From positions 1 through 37,030 of the forward strand of contig JAAPAO010000356.1 in the NCBI GenBank assembly GCA_013115145.1: a DNA stretch of 37,030 nucleotides, written 5' to 3'. Made by a program: the position numbers and the translations under genes. Shown piece after piece: positions 10,558 through 21,809 of this stretch (the first letter of the stretch is position 1; each line of letters starts with the position of its first letter). Source of the DNA: Perkinsus chesapeaki ATCC PRA-425. Lineage: Eukaryota; Protista; Perkinsozoa. The notes beneath the pieces are model-generated. The model ran no database searches. It was not told where the DNA came from and was given only the letters and a program-made list of their open reading frames with translations.

Positions 10558-12154
10558 ATGTCATCACCCTCTAATAACACTATACCGGATACCTCCTATC
10601 TGGATTCACTAAGGGGGCAGGTACCAGAGGATGACCTAAACAAGCTTAGAGACTATGCATCAAAGAAGCTCTATCATCAGCTCACGGTCGAGTGTTTGAG
10701 GTATTAATAGATCCAATTACCATTCCCCTTCTCCATCCTTCTCGTAGTGTTGTTCGCAATGATGAAGCCTGGCCCCTCGGTGGCAAGACCAAGGAGGAGT
10801 TTTGGAACAAGTTCGTCGATCAGTTCTCTTCCAAGATGAATACAGTAAATGCAGTTGTCGCGGCGATGACTATGGCCCTTGCTAGGTGGTGATGTTGGAG
10901 CTTCTAGACCAAGTGGCGGAGTCCATGCCGGCGGCTGATGGATTGAAGTTGACGGAAAAGTAGTTGGGGAAGGTGGGGATGGCCGAAGTGGTGCTATGGC
11001 CAGATACGGTGAACTGGTCGGCAAGTCTTCTAAGGATGCCCAAGTCGCCTATGACTCTCAAAAGGCCATCGCTCTCGTTAGGGCTGGTGATATGAAGCAA
11101 GCCAGAGATGTAAGCATCGCTATTTCGCTTATTAACCCCACTTGATTGTTATTAGATTCTGGACACTGTAGAAGGGCATTTAGAGGATATCGATTGGTCC
11201 TATGGCATAGACCCTGCTGCCCGGAGCAGCTATCATCGGGCAGCAGCCTTCATGTATCAAGAGAAGAACGATCCACCAAGGTACCATTGTTAATAACTTG
11301 CCTATACTTATCTTATAGTTTTTACCGTGAATCGATGCGTTACCTTCTATATACCCCTTTGGCTGCCATACCAGAAAAAGAGCGAGGCCCTCTTGCCTTC
11401 AAGATTGCCGTAGCAGCTCTCATATCCCCCAAGGAGTTCAGCTACGGTGACCTCCTCCAACAACCGCTATTCTCGGAGGTATTTCCCTTACCCATTGGTT
11501 TGTCTATCACTCTTGATAGTTCCTTCCAACCTGCGAACAGTATGCCTGGATTATGGACTTCGTTAAAGCTCTCCATGATGGAGTCTTTGCTAAGTTCGAC
11601 CAGGCTGTAGTGGATCACAAGGCCAAGTGGGAGGCAGTTCCCGAACTCAAGAGGGCCATGCAATTTGATCTCAAGCGTGAGCATGCTCATCTCGCCTGAG
11701 TTTGATGATTGTAATTATCAGATAAGATGTCACTATCGGCCATGATGGAGATGGCATTCCAGAGGCCAAAGAAACAGCGCTCATCTATATCATTCGTTGA
11801 CATTGCGAAGGCGTGCAGGGTGAATGAGGGTGAAGTTGAGGATATATTCCGCAAGTAGGAATGACTGATCATCGTCTGAGGATGAGGAGGATACGGATGC
11901 TCAAATCAGGACAATGTGTGCTGGTTTGATTAAAGGAAGTATTGATGAAGTTAGTCGAACCGTGAAGGTAACATGGGTTAAACCAAGAGTACTCGACATG
12001 CAAAGGTAAAAGAAGGCTAGGCGTGTAGGGGGAAACTGGACAAGCTTTGGTTAGGCTCGAGCTGCTGAAGTTCCGTCTGGAAGGATGGTCTCAGCAGTCA
12101 ACACAACTCCTTCAAGATGTGGAGGAGCTCACCCCTGAACTGTTGGTGTCGTAG
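10558..12154 (+). CDS. RPN9: 26S proteasome lid subunit Rpn9/PSMD13 (multi-exon)
   Basis: KKLYHQLT, FYRESMRYL, IAVAALISPKEFSYGDLLQQP, GLIKGSIDEVSRTVKVTWVKPRVLD (PCI domain), ending EELTPELLVS*. Confidence 0.92.
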
Positions 12155-12349
12155 ACGACTGCTAGTGCCGCTAAAGAGTTTCCATCATCTTCAAGGCTGT
12201 TGTCGAGTCTATAGTGTCCAATAGATGAGCGCTATTGGGTTGGATAGATGAATTCTAGGATCGACAAACCTAGTTAATTGTTCTACGACAAGGACTTTCA
12301 CAAAGACCGTCCGTGAGAATAACATATTTCCTCCCCGGGGAAGGAGATC

Positions 12350-12880
12350 CCTAATAGATATCACGAACATGATCATCAAACGAGATCTCGAACCTCAGCA
12401 GAGCCACAGTGCACCATCGCTTGAGTCCAACGAGGTTGCGGAGAACGGTTCTCGGCGGTTTTCTATGCAGAAGGTCCTCCGATAACCTCCTGCATAGAAA
12501 ACGGCGATAGCCCAGCCTCAGTGTGAACCATGCTAGAGCCGAGTCGGACACCTGTGACACCAGTGCTTCACTCGAAGGGGACCATGAGAAACCAAAGACC
12601 GGGGAGTCCAGATTCTTCTGAGAAACTGTTCCCTGCTATTAGTAGTGTCCAACCCGATAGATCGAGTGCAACAACTCGAACAACGCAACAGATATGGAAA
12701 GGAAGCCGTAGAGGCGAATTGAGATAAGTCGAAGTTTACATCTATTTAGTGACAAATTACGGTGAAACGACAATAACAAGAGTGGCAACTCAGTAACAAC
12801 GAATGGCTCGAGCTCATCGATGAGTGAGCGGTCATAAAGGATAGTAGAAGTGCCGACACGTAACAGACTAGGAGTCTGAA
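12350..12880 (-). pseudogene. Decayed, 5'-truncated copy of the gene at 15450-16175
   Basis: 12744-12870 aligns by eye to 15657-15780 (DRSLIDELEPFVVTELPLLL vs DRSLIDEFEPFVVTELLPLL). The 5' exon is missing because PCYT2-A ends about 20 nt away. Confidence 0.6.
12456..12505. other. Hairpin with a 13-bp perfect stem plus a 4-bp inner stem
   Basis: gttttctatgcag (12458-12470) pairs with ctgcatagaaaac (12490-12502); inner aggt/acct. Confidence 0.85.
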
Positions 12881-12899
12881 AGAACCGGCGGATGAGCGA

Positions 12900-14561
12900 C
12901 TACTTCTCTGCAATATGCTCCTTGCTGGAGTAATAGTCCTTCTCCATAGCGCTGCGTTTTCTATTCCGGTGCATGTACCTATCATGACACCAATGTGCCA
13001 AAAATTCGAATAAGCCATTACGTTAAGCGGTTATTGGCAATACGCTCAGCTATAGCCGCTGCAGTTAAATGAGGATAGTCACTTTCAACTTCATGCAGTA
13101 TACCTAGACGCTTTGCAACTTCATTCGTTTGGGTTACCTAAATGTAGTATAGTAAAATATATGATAATGAATCATACAGATCCTTCCTCATCACTTGAGG
13201 GGCACCTGGGCCGGCGGGAACCTGATGATACTAAGTGTTATCGAATTGTTACTGTTATTCAATCATTACTTATCGATCCCTGGGCGACTATACTGATATT
13301 CATTGTTTTTATTAGATCCTCTGTGATCTCAACAGGTGCACCAATTATAACTTCATCGACATGTTTACATGCACTAACATTCAAAACCTGACAAGATAAA
13401 TGGATAATGGATAGATTCATGGCTTACTCGCTCTAGGAGATTCATAACAGGATAGTTGCTACCCTTCATACTATTCACAGTTTCATCATCAAATATACCC
13501 ACTAAAAGATACCTAATAGGTCGGATAAAACAATGCAAAGTTGGCAAGATTCTCACGTTCCCAAAGCCTTAGCTTTCTGTAATGTCGTTGCATGACCAAC
13601 ATTAAACATATCAAACGCACCATCAACGTAACTGAGTTGCGATGGTTTAATGAGTGAAGGGCACTCCTTCATACACGACGGTATCATCTGATGTTGGTGC
13701 ACGCCTTGATGAAAATTAAGCAATCCTACGAGTAGTAGTGAGCATTCGGACCTAACCGAGCTTATAAGGTACATAAGGAGGCTCGTGTACTAACCGATAC
13801 ACAGCTACGATCCTTAGGGGCGAGACCGCTATCTAGCTGAGACCCTTGAAGATGGTCCTTAGTCAGAAGGAGAAGCCTTCCTACAAGATCAGTAGTAGAG
13901 ACTCCTTCGGTACCTTGAAACATTAAATCAAACATTCAGCACAACACGCCCGCTTACGTTTGATAACCCTAAGCTTCCCAGCGTCACGTAAATCGTCGTA
14001 GACACCCCTTCCATTGAAATCGACTGGCATATCGTCGCCATGGACCTGAACCGGGAGCGCCAATGTTCACCGGTGAGTCACTCGCGCAAAGGGCGCCAGT
14101 GCCTACGCAAAAGTCAGCTTTCGCATCGACTAAAGTCTTCAGACCGATATCATAGGTTGCATCATGCAAGATCTCATCGATCCACTTCACATGTTTTAGG
14201 AGCTCGTACCTGATAAATTTGTGTGTCCCATGCCGACAACTGTCCTAAGCTACCTCTCTTCTTGCTTCATAACCGGTGGGGCTTTATTACTCGCTATCAC
14301 ATCATCAGAGTGTATACCGACAACTAAAACGTCACATTGGGCTGAAGGGGATAATAACCAATTACTCGATTTTGTAGCTGGGATCACCTTTAGCCTGTCG
14401 GATAGCATTATAATGGCCACTATGCATTATATCGAAGCAACCATCGATGTAGCCTCTGACCTGAGGGGAATGGCCTGCAGGATGATGAGATGTCTGCCAT
14501 CGCATACCGTACGATCCTCAGACGTCGTTGAAGCTACGGAGGATGCTTCTGTATTTTCCAT
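12900..14561 (-). pseudogene. PCYT2: Ethanolamine-phosphate cytidylyltransferase copy A, with a premature TAA between the two CT domains
   Basis: GYIDGCFDIMHSGH, VHGDD, RTEGVSTTDLVGRLL, VDGAFDMFNVGH. The codon at 13716-13718 is TAA where copy C has GAA and copy B has GAG. Confidence 0.85.
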
Positions 14562-14865
14562 AGTTAAGCAAACCCGTAAAAATGAGCTAGAAATAAGAAA
14601 CGTGTGGCAAGACCTCTTCGGTGACGCAAACGATGCTTACGCCGAACCACCTTACTTCTAGCGTGGCGTCACAGTGCATCGGGTGATCCGGCGATAGCAA
14701 CGCTAGTTGAAGATGGCAATAACTGTTGGAACGGTGCTCTCTGATGATGGTCAAATGCACGCATGCGGTGTCTGGGGCCGCATGGTTCTAGACTGAGCCA
14801 CTGTAACGTACCCAGCTACGCCACTGCTCAGAACATCACACGTACTCGCTCAACGTAGCATTAGC

Positions 14866-14951
14866 ATCTTTGAGCTCTGCCACGGAGACTACAGCGTGAA
14901 CCCATGTTATGTTGCAAGGCTGCAGAAAGCCGAGCTGTTTAGCAGAGGTCC
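14866..14951 (-). pseudogene. Relic of the FAM151-like gene (N-terminal fragment, frameshifted)
   Basis: DLC-(+1 nt)-KQLGFLQPCNITWVHAVVSVAELKD vs DLCELFNISQPSNITWAHAVDSMAELKE at about 21480-21570; the nucleotide similarity is visible. Confidence 0.75.
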
Positions 14952-15386
14952 TTCATGCATTGCATAGCCCGGGGCAGCACCTGGCTGCGGTGCTTGTGGC
15001 ACAGCGCCACCCGAGCACCGCACAATATGCCGCACTGTTTGTTGAAGACCTCGAAAGCGAGGCCAACATGGGCAGTTCCTCTGCTCTAGTGAGGTCGTCG
15101 ATGGTCGTTCGTCTGCTGAGGGCTCGTTTACTGCTCGGTTAGGTGGTGTAATTGTGCGTATAAGAACACTCTGTAATGAGTCACAGTTTGTCACAGTCAA
15201 GTATTTGTAGACGCTGCGCGCGATATCTTTGTTCGCGTTGATCATTATGTCCCCATTTCCTAATGAGTAACCAAAGCACCTTCGAAATGTTCAAGTTTTC
15301 ATTAGTGCGGCACTAGCAACCACGTCTTGTTGACTTCGTCGCCTCTCACTTGTGTCACGGCTCGATCGTCCAAAGTCCTTTCAGCA

Positions 15387-15408
15387 GTGATTATTAATCA
15401 CTGGTTAA
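15387..15408. repeat. Chained odd palindrome matching the 8-bp double-hairpin footprint geometry (1 mismatch)
   Basis: g-tgatta-t-taatca-c-tggtta-a; inferred original site gtgattaa. Confidence 0.75.
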
Positions 15409-15449
15409 TCTGCGCCATGGTCGTTCAGGACTCAGCTTGGGCTTTCCTT

Positions 15450-16175
15450 GGCACGCGGGAGAGCACACAATCAGGTTATTAGGTTTTTGATTGCAAGAAT
15501 CAGAGGTTTACAATAGCTTTGCTGAGCATGAGCTCTCTCGATAAAAGGGCAAGCTTTCGTGCACGCCGCGGTGAGTTTCGAATATGACTTGGAAACGCAA
15601 GAGATGTGATAAGGAAGCCATAGAGATGAATAGGGTCACTGTGAACGTTCACACCCATTTAGTGACAAATTACGGTAAAAACGAGAATAACAAAGGTAGC
15701 AACTCAGTGACTACGAATGGCTCGAACTCATCGATGAGTGAGCGGTCACGGAAAGTAATAGAATTGCCAACACATAACGGTGTACAAACTACTCAATAGG
15801 ACAAACATAATCAAGAGAGGATACAAGTAGTAGAATCCTGCGCCTGTACTCCGGATTAGGCTTCGGCACGAATGTGGGGCTTGACGACGACCCTTTGGTC
15901 GGTGACGATGATGCTGATTTACCGTTTTTATATTCACGGTGACTGCAGCGGTCCACAGCGGGTTTTTGAGAGATGCGCCATCTGGCTGGCTGGGTTGGCC
16001 TGAGTATCTCACGCATCTCACCACCTAATGGCTGCTGTTCTCGCTTCAGGCCATGGGAACGTTTCTGAGACTTTCTCGGAGGGGCAGCAGTAGATGTGAT
16101 CGATGATGTCGTTGTAGCCGTGCTTATGCCCCTGACGAGAAATGATTGCTCATCTGAAGGAAGCAAGGTGTCCAT
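15450..16175 (-). CDS. Hypothetical protein with an S/T-rich N-terminus and a possible F-box-like motif
   Basis: ATG-initiated 128-aa first ORF; downstream exon VVTELLPLLFSFLP is conserved with the relic at about 12800. The 3' end is uncertain. Confidence 0.4.
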
Positions 16176-16406
16176 GTGTTCACACGGTAAAATGATAAAA
16201 GACTAATACTAGAATAAAGAGTGGATGCGAACACAACCTCTGGGGTTTAAAATGAGACTTATATCACTGAGATCAACATGACAGAATAGCGACCAATACG
16301 CTAAGCAACACGAGTAGCTACTATAACTATCATAATAATATGATAGATATTAACTCTAACGCATCTAAACCCTATACAGGTAAGTCGTATTATCGATACA
16401 ACGGCA

Positions 16407-18239
16407 TTACTCAAGGGACTTCGCTCTGTTGCGCTTTTCAGCGATGTAACTGAACATAGACAATCCCCCCATCCTGGATGACGCCGTACAGGTGGCATAC
16501 CTGAGCCTGTTATGTGAGATCCTCTCAGCTATGGTGGTAACTGTGAGCTCTGGGAAATCACTTTCGACTTCCTTGAAGATCCCCAGCTTCTTCGGGACAT
16601 CATTCTTTTGACGAACCTGTGGCAACAGGAAAAGTTTGGATAGTCCAAAGCCGCAGTGGTATTATTGTTACCCCGTGCTCATCAGACGGTACTTCACTAG
16701 ACGGATGGAGCGCTGAGAAGCATTTGTTAGCGAATCCGACAGTTCTGGGCAATACTTTTGGTTCCTTGAACTACAACAGCGACATTGAGGCTTTGAAGGA
16801 AGTCCTCGGTCACTTCTAATGGTGCACCAATAACAGCATCATCGACATGTTTGCATGCCGACACATTGAGCACCTTTACCACAGTGATTAGCAGCGGCTA
16901 CGACTGGTTAACACGCAAGCTACCCTCTCGCCGAGATTCATAACAGGATAGTTGCAACCCTTCATTCTATTAACAGTACGGTCATCAAATACACCAACGA
17001 TGAGGTATCTTCATAGTAAAGCAAGAGATAAGCAACAACAGCAGCGGCAGCAGCAGCAGCTTCCTACGTCCCAAGAGCCTTAGCCTTCTCAAGTGTTGAG
17101 GCGTGCCCAACATTGAACATATCGAAGGCTCCATCAATATAACTGAATATCAAACAGTACAACGAAGGGACAGCTCAGGGCAGCAGCAACTTGTACACAA
17201 TAACGTCATCGGGCTTCGGAGGTCTGCGCGTGGTAAACTCGGAAATCCGCTTTATCATATTAGTGACTAGGACCTGCCGAGAAGGCTTCTTTGTCCAGGT
17301 CACGAGGGGAGATGTGCACCTTCCGACTGTTGGTGGGAGAAGTAGCCATCCTAGGGCTCGATACAGCGCTGTTGATAGCCAAGTCGTTGGCTCGGCATAT
17401 AGGGCTACCAGGAGCCTGAGACCCTGGTCTGGTAGCAACAAGGTAGGCAGTAACTCATACCGAAAGTATCTGTCTGGTCTCGGAGTCGAGGCCATCATCT
17501 AGTCTAGGGCCGGTGAGATGGTCTCTGGTCTGGACCAATAGCCTTCCAACTAGGTCAGTAACGGTGACGCATTCCGTACCTAGAAAATACTAGTACACTG
17601 ATACGGCAACGCTGTGCAACGCACGCTTGAAAACACGAAGCCTTCCAGCGTCTCTGAGATCATCATAAGCGCATCTGCCTTCACCGTTAACCGGCATATT
17701 ATCGCCGTGAATCTGAGCAGCAGCAGACCGTTAATAGGATAAGAAGTACTAAGGCATAAACCTACACAGAAGTCAGCATTGATAGAGTCAAGGAACTCAG
17801 TGGTGGGCACAACCGGTACACCATAGACGATCTCATCGACCCACTTTAGATGCTTCAGGAAGGTATACCTATACGGCAGAATACTGTACAGAACCGACCG
17901 CCTCTCACCGACACCATCACCTTACCTTTCATCCTGCTTCATTACAGGCAATGCTTTATCGGGTACGATGGACTCATCCGCATACACACCAATAATTAGG
18001 ACATCACATTGGGCTAAATGGCAACATACTCTTAGCACTTATACTGTTTTCTTGCATTGTCATAATCACCTTTAGCTTGTCTCATTGCACTATAGTGGCC
18101 GCTATGCATTATATCAAAGCATCCATCTAAGTAACCTCGTACCTAGGAAGAAGGAAGTGCTAATACTATCGACAACAACAATAACAGCAACATCAACTAC
18201 CTTTTTGCGTTCGGTAATAGTGGCATTCGGAGCAGGCAT
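16407..18239 (-). CDS. PCYT2: Divergent ethanolamine-phosphate cytidylyltransferase-like copy B
   Basis: MPAPNATITERKK|VRGYLDGCFDIMHSGH...IHGDN...RTECVTVTDLVGRLL...IDGAFDMFNVGH...YPVMNLGER|VLNVSACKHVD. Splices in frame throughout; the last exon is uncertain. Confidence 0.85.
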
Positions 18240-18577
18240 AACCCGGATGGAGTATAAATAGACGACAACTGTAGTGAATATTAGGGGGACTCACGCTACA
18301 CAGGAGGAGGAGGAGGAGGAGGTGAGAAATACAAACCCAACAGCAATAATGAGATAAAATAAATACCGTGTTGGTCAGTAGCACACTTCGATAACATTCG
18401 GTGTGATAACAACGGCGGTATAGCGTCTATAATGGGACCTGCTGCCTGCTGCTGCTGCTGCCTGCTGCTGCCCATCCGTAACGGGAAATACTTTCTTATG
18501 TATCGAGAAAATGGAATGTCGATATGTGGTATAAAAAGTTGTTAGAGAATATTGCCAGATTATAATGATGACGACGA

Positions 18578-20226
18578 CTACTTCTCTGCAATATGCTGCT
18601 TGCTCGAGTAGTATTCCTTTTCCAAAGCGTCTCGTTTGGTGTTCCTATGTATATACCTACAACAATAATACTCAAGCAGGATATGATACCATAAGAGAGC
18701 GGGTATTACGTTAAGCGGTTATTGGCAATACGCTCAGCTATAGCCGCAGCAGTTAAATGAGGATAGTCACTTTCAACTTCATGCAGTATACCTAGACGCT
18801 TTGCAACTTCATTCGTTTGGGTTACCTAAATGTAGTATAGTAAAATATATGATAATGAATCATACAGATCCTTCCTCATCACTTGAGGGGCACCTGGGCC
18901 GGCGGGAACCTGATAATACTAAGTGTTATCAAATTGTTACTGTTATTCAATCATTACTTATCGATCCCTGGGCGACTATACTGATATTCATTGTTTTTAT
19001 TAGATCCTCTGTGATCTCAACAGGTGCACCAATTATAACTTCATCGACATGCTTACATGCACTAACATTCAAAACCTGACAAGATAAATGGATAATAGAG
19101 AAGATGATCGCTTACTCGCTCTAGGAGATTCATAACAGGATAGTTGCTACCCTTCATACTATTCACAGTTTCATCATCAAATATACCCACTAAAAGATAC
19201 CTAATAGGTCGGATAAACAATGCAAAGTTGACAAGATTCTCACGTTCCTAAAGCCTTAGCTTTCTGTAATGTCGTTGCATGACCAACATTAAACATATCA
19301 AACGCACCATCAACGTAACTGAGTTGCGATGTTTCAACAAGTGAAGGGCACTCCTTCATACACGACGGTATCATCTGATGTTGGTGCACGCCTTGATGAA
19401 AATTCAGCAATCCTACGAGTAGTTGTGAGCATTCGGACCTAACCGAGCTTATAAGGTACATAGGGAGGCTCGCGTACTAACCGATACACAGCTACGATCC
19501 TTAGGGGCGAGACCGCTATCTAGCTGAGACCCTTGAAGATGGTCCTTGGTCAGAAGGAGAAGCCTTCCTACAAGATCAGTAGTAGAGACTCCTTCGGTAC
19601 CTTGAAACATTAAATCAAACATTCAGCACAACAGACCATCACCTACGTTTGATAACCCTAAGCTTCCCAGCGTCACGTAAATCGTCATAGGCCCCTCGGC
19701 CTGTAGAATCGACTGGCATATCGTCACCATGAACCTATAACGGAATAGGCAATGAATGGGTGATGCCCGCCGGGTACTGGTAGAGTGCTGCTGCTGCCGG
19801 CGACCCATTACTTACGCAAAAGTCAGCTTTCGCACGGGCTAGAGTCTTGAGGCTCGGAGCGTAAGGTACATCATGCAAGATCTCATCGATCCACTTCACA
19901 TGTTTTAGGAGCTCATATCTGATAAATTTGTGTGTCCCATGCCGACAACTGTCCTAAGCTACCTCTCTTCTTGCTTCATAACCGGTGGGGCTTTATTACT
20001 CGCTATCTCATCATCAGAGTGTATACCGACAACTAATACGTCACATTGGGCTGAAGGGGATAATAACCAATTACTCGATTTTGTAGCTGGGATCACCTTT
20101 AGCCTGTCGGATAGCATTATAATGGCCACTATGCATTATATCGAAGCAACCATCGATGTAGCCTCTGCGTACCACAGGGCTATCAGATGCTGTTGATGCT
20201 AGAGACGAGGTGTCGTGGTTGTCCAT
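18578..20226 (-). CDS. PCYT2: Ethanolamine-phosphate cytidylyltransferase copy C (intact, canonical motifs)
   Basis: GYIDGCFDIMHSGH, VGIHSD, VPY, VHGDD, RTEGVSTT, second domain VDGAFDMFNVGH, ending KQHIAEK*. Open through all exons as spliced by eye. Confidence 0.92.
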
Positions 20227-20760
20227 AGTTTAGCAAGCACGATACAAAAAACTATATATTCAACAGGAGATAGGCTTAGACGTGGTCAACCCATTGCTTC
20301 GACGACGGCGACGAAGAAGAAGACAACAGGAGTTCGGGTTTTAGTGCCGCGAGCGGTAACCGAGAGGACAGTAGTAATAGTGCTGAATTAGGTTGAGACA
20401 CTTGCACTGGCGAATGAAGAGACGTAATGAACGACGATGCACGCATGCACAAGTCGTAAGAGCACATTACGACACAATACGCAGACACGAGCAAAGTAAT
20501 GCACCGAATCACACATTGTCTAGCTTAGCGACACAACAACCCAAGAGACGTTGTAATAATAGTAACGAAGCGGTTAAGAAGAGGAGAAAAAACCGTTGAA
20601 ACGGCGGCGGCGGGGCCGTTAAGCCGCAGCATTGTTGGTTGAACGCAAGAGTAAGGGGTGTTATATAATGTTACTATTATAAAGAATATGGCAATAACAA
20701 AATGCAGGTTAATCAACATTTACAGTCCGATGGTTGGTTTAGGAAGTCAGTGGTAATTGG

Positions 20761-21627
20761 TTATGCCCACTCTATCATCCAGGATGTAAACCATCCAAGC
20801 CAGGTCTGAGTCTTGATGTCAAGGAATACCCTCTTCATGGGGAGGGCATGTCGTAGCTTAAGAATATCAAGTTTGCTCAACCCTCTTGGGTCACCGACAC
20901 CAGTCCATAATGTCAACGATGACCCTGGTACACCTTCCAACAGCTTCACTAGCTCGCTTGTGCAAGTGAGAGCCAACCTGGCAGAGAAGGCGAATGTGAT
21001 ATGTCGGCAAGTGATCTCATCGAGGCTGGAAAGAAGGCCCTGAAAGGAATAAACACGTATATGTCAACGATGAACAGAGGTACTCCAATCAGCCCCTACC
21101 GAATCTTTAAGTTGAGTGATGATATCATATCTTTCTTTCTCCCCGAAGGTGTTGCCTATGAAGCCTAGACTAAGCACTGTATCTTCAGTGGCAACATCAG
21201 CCAGAGCTTTCAAGGGCATCTTCTTCTTAGGACCAAAGACATCTGCATTAAACCATACCGGTATCTCAGGTCTGGCCGCAGCCACTGTGTAACCGATAGG
21301 CTTCACTAATCTCTCAAGTTTGATGTCTATCTTAACACCCACATTGCGCTCCTCTGCTTGGGATAGGAGATGGTCAAGATAGAGGTCGCTGGTGGTTTGG
21401 GAGGGATAGTGGCACATAATCACTCGATTGTCGGCTGATAAGGCCCCAGCATCCGACTCGTAAAACATAGCATCAGCGAGCTCTTTGAGCTCTGCCATGG
21501 AATCCACAGCGTGAGCCCACGTTATGTTGCTAGGCTGTGAAATGTTAAATAACTCGCATAAGTCCTCTATGTACGAAGATACACCACCCACCATAACAGT
21601 GGCGCCGAAGGGTTCTGGTGGCCACAT
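20761..21627 (-). CDS. FAM151/menorin-like protein (PLC-like phosphodiesterase fold), 2 exons
   Basis: ITWAHAVDS, IMCHYP..TSDL.L, GVKIDIK, PVWFNADVFGP, LSLGF; exon 2 has ITFAFSARL, SLTLWTG, VFLDI. Confidence 0.85.
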
Positions 21628-21809
21628 TGCAAAGGCGTAAACTTAAACTGTACTACTACAAAAGAAGAGTGCGAGGAGTAGAAGCAGATTAAGCAACACC
21701 GTGAACTCCACCGTGCCGAATGACAACGTGAAACCAAGTGTGGTGTTAGGCAATACTACAGCTTAGTCTTGATCATAGTAATAAACCCGCGATATACTTC
21801 TCTCTTATT

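Noticed and set aside
13716-13718. TAA aligned to Glu could suggest stop-codon reassignment
   Set aside because: TAA and TAG end well-conserved genes here (SEC61A TAA; RPN9 and PAM18 TAG), and no other in-frame TAA was found in conserved exons.
14221-14661. 146-aa plus-strand ORF and its twin at 19930-20196
   Set aside because: Antisense shadows of PCYT2 exons, shared only because A and C are near-identical there.
12744-20165. Long repeats that might be LTRs or a CRISPR-like array
   Set aside because: They are paralogous gene segments (PCYT2, FAM151, F-box-like); no RT, integrase or regular repeat-spacer structure.
20276-20719. Several short ORFs between PCYT2-C and FAM151
   Set aside because: Low-complexity AAC/ACG-rich spacer with no motif or splice support.
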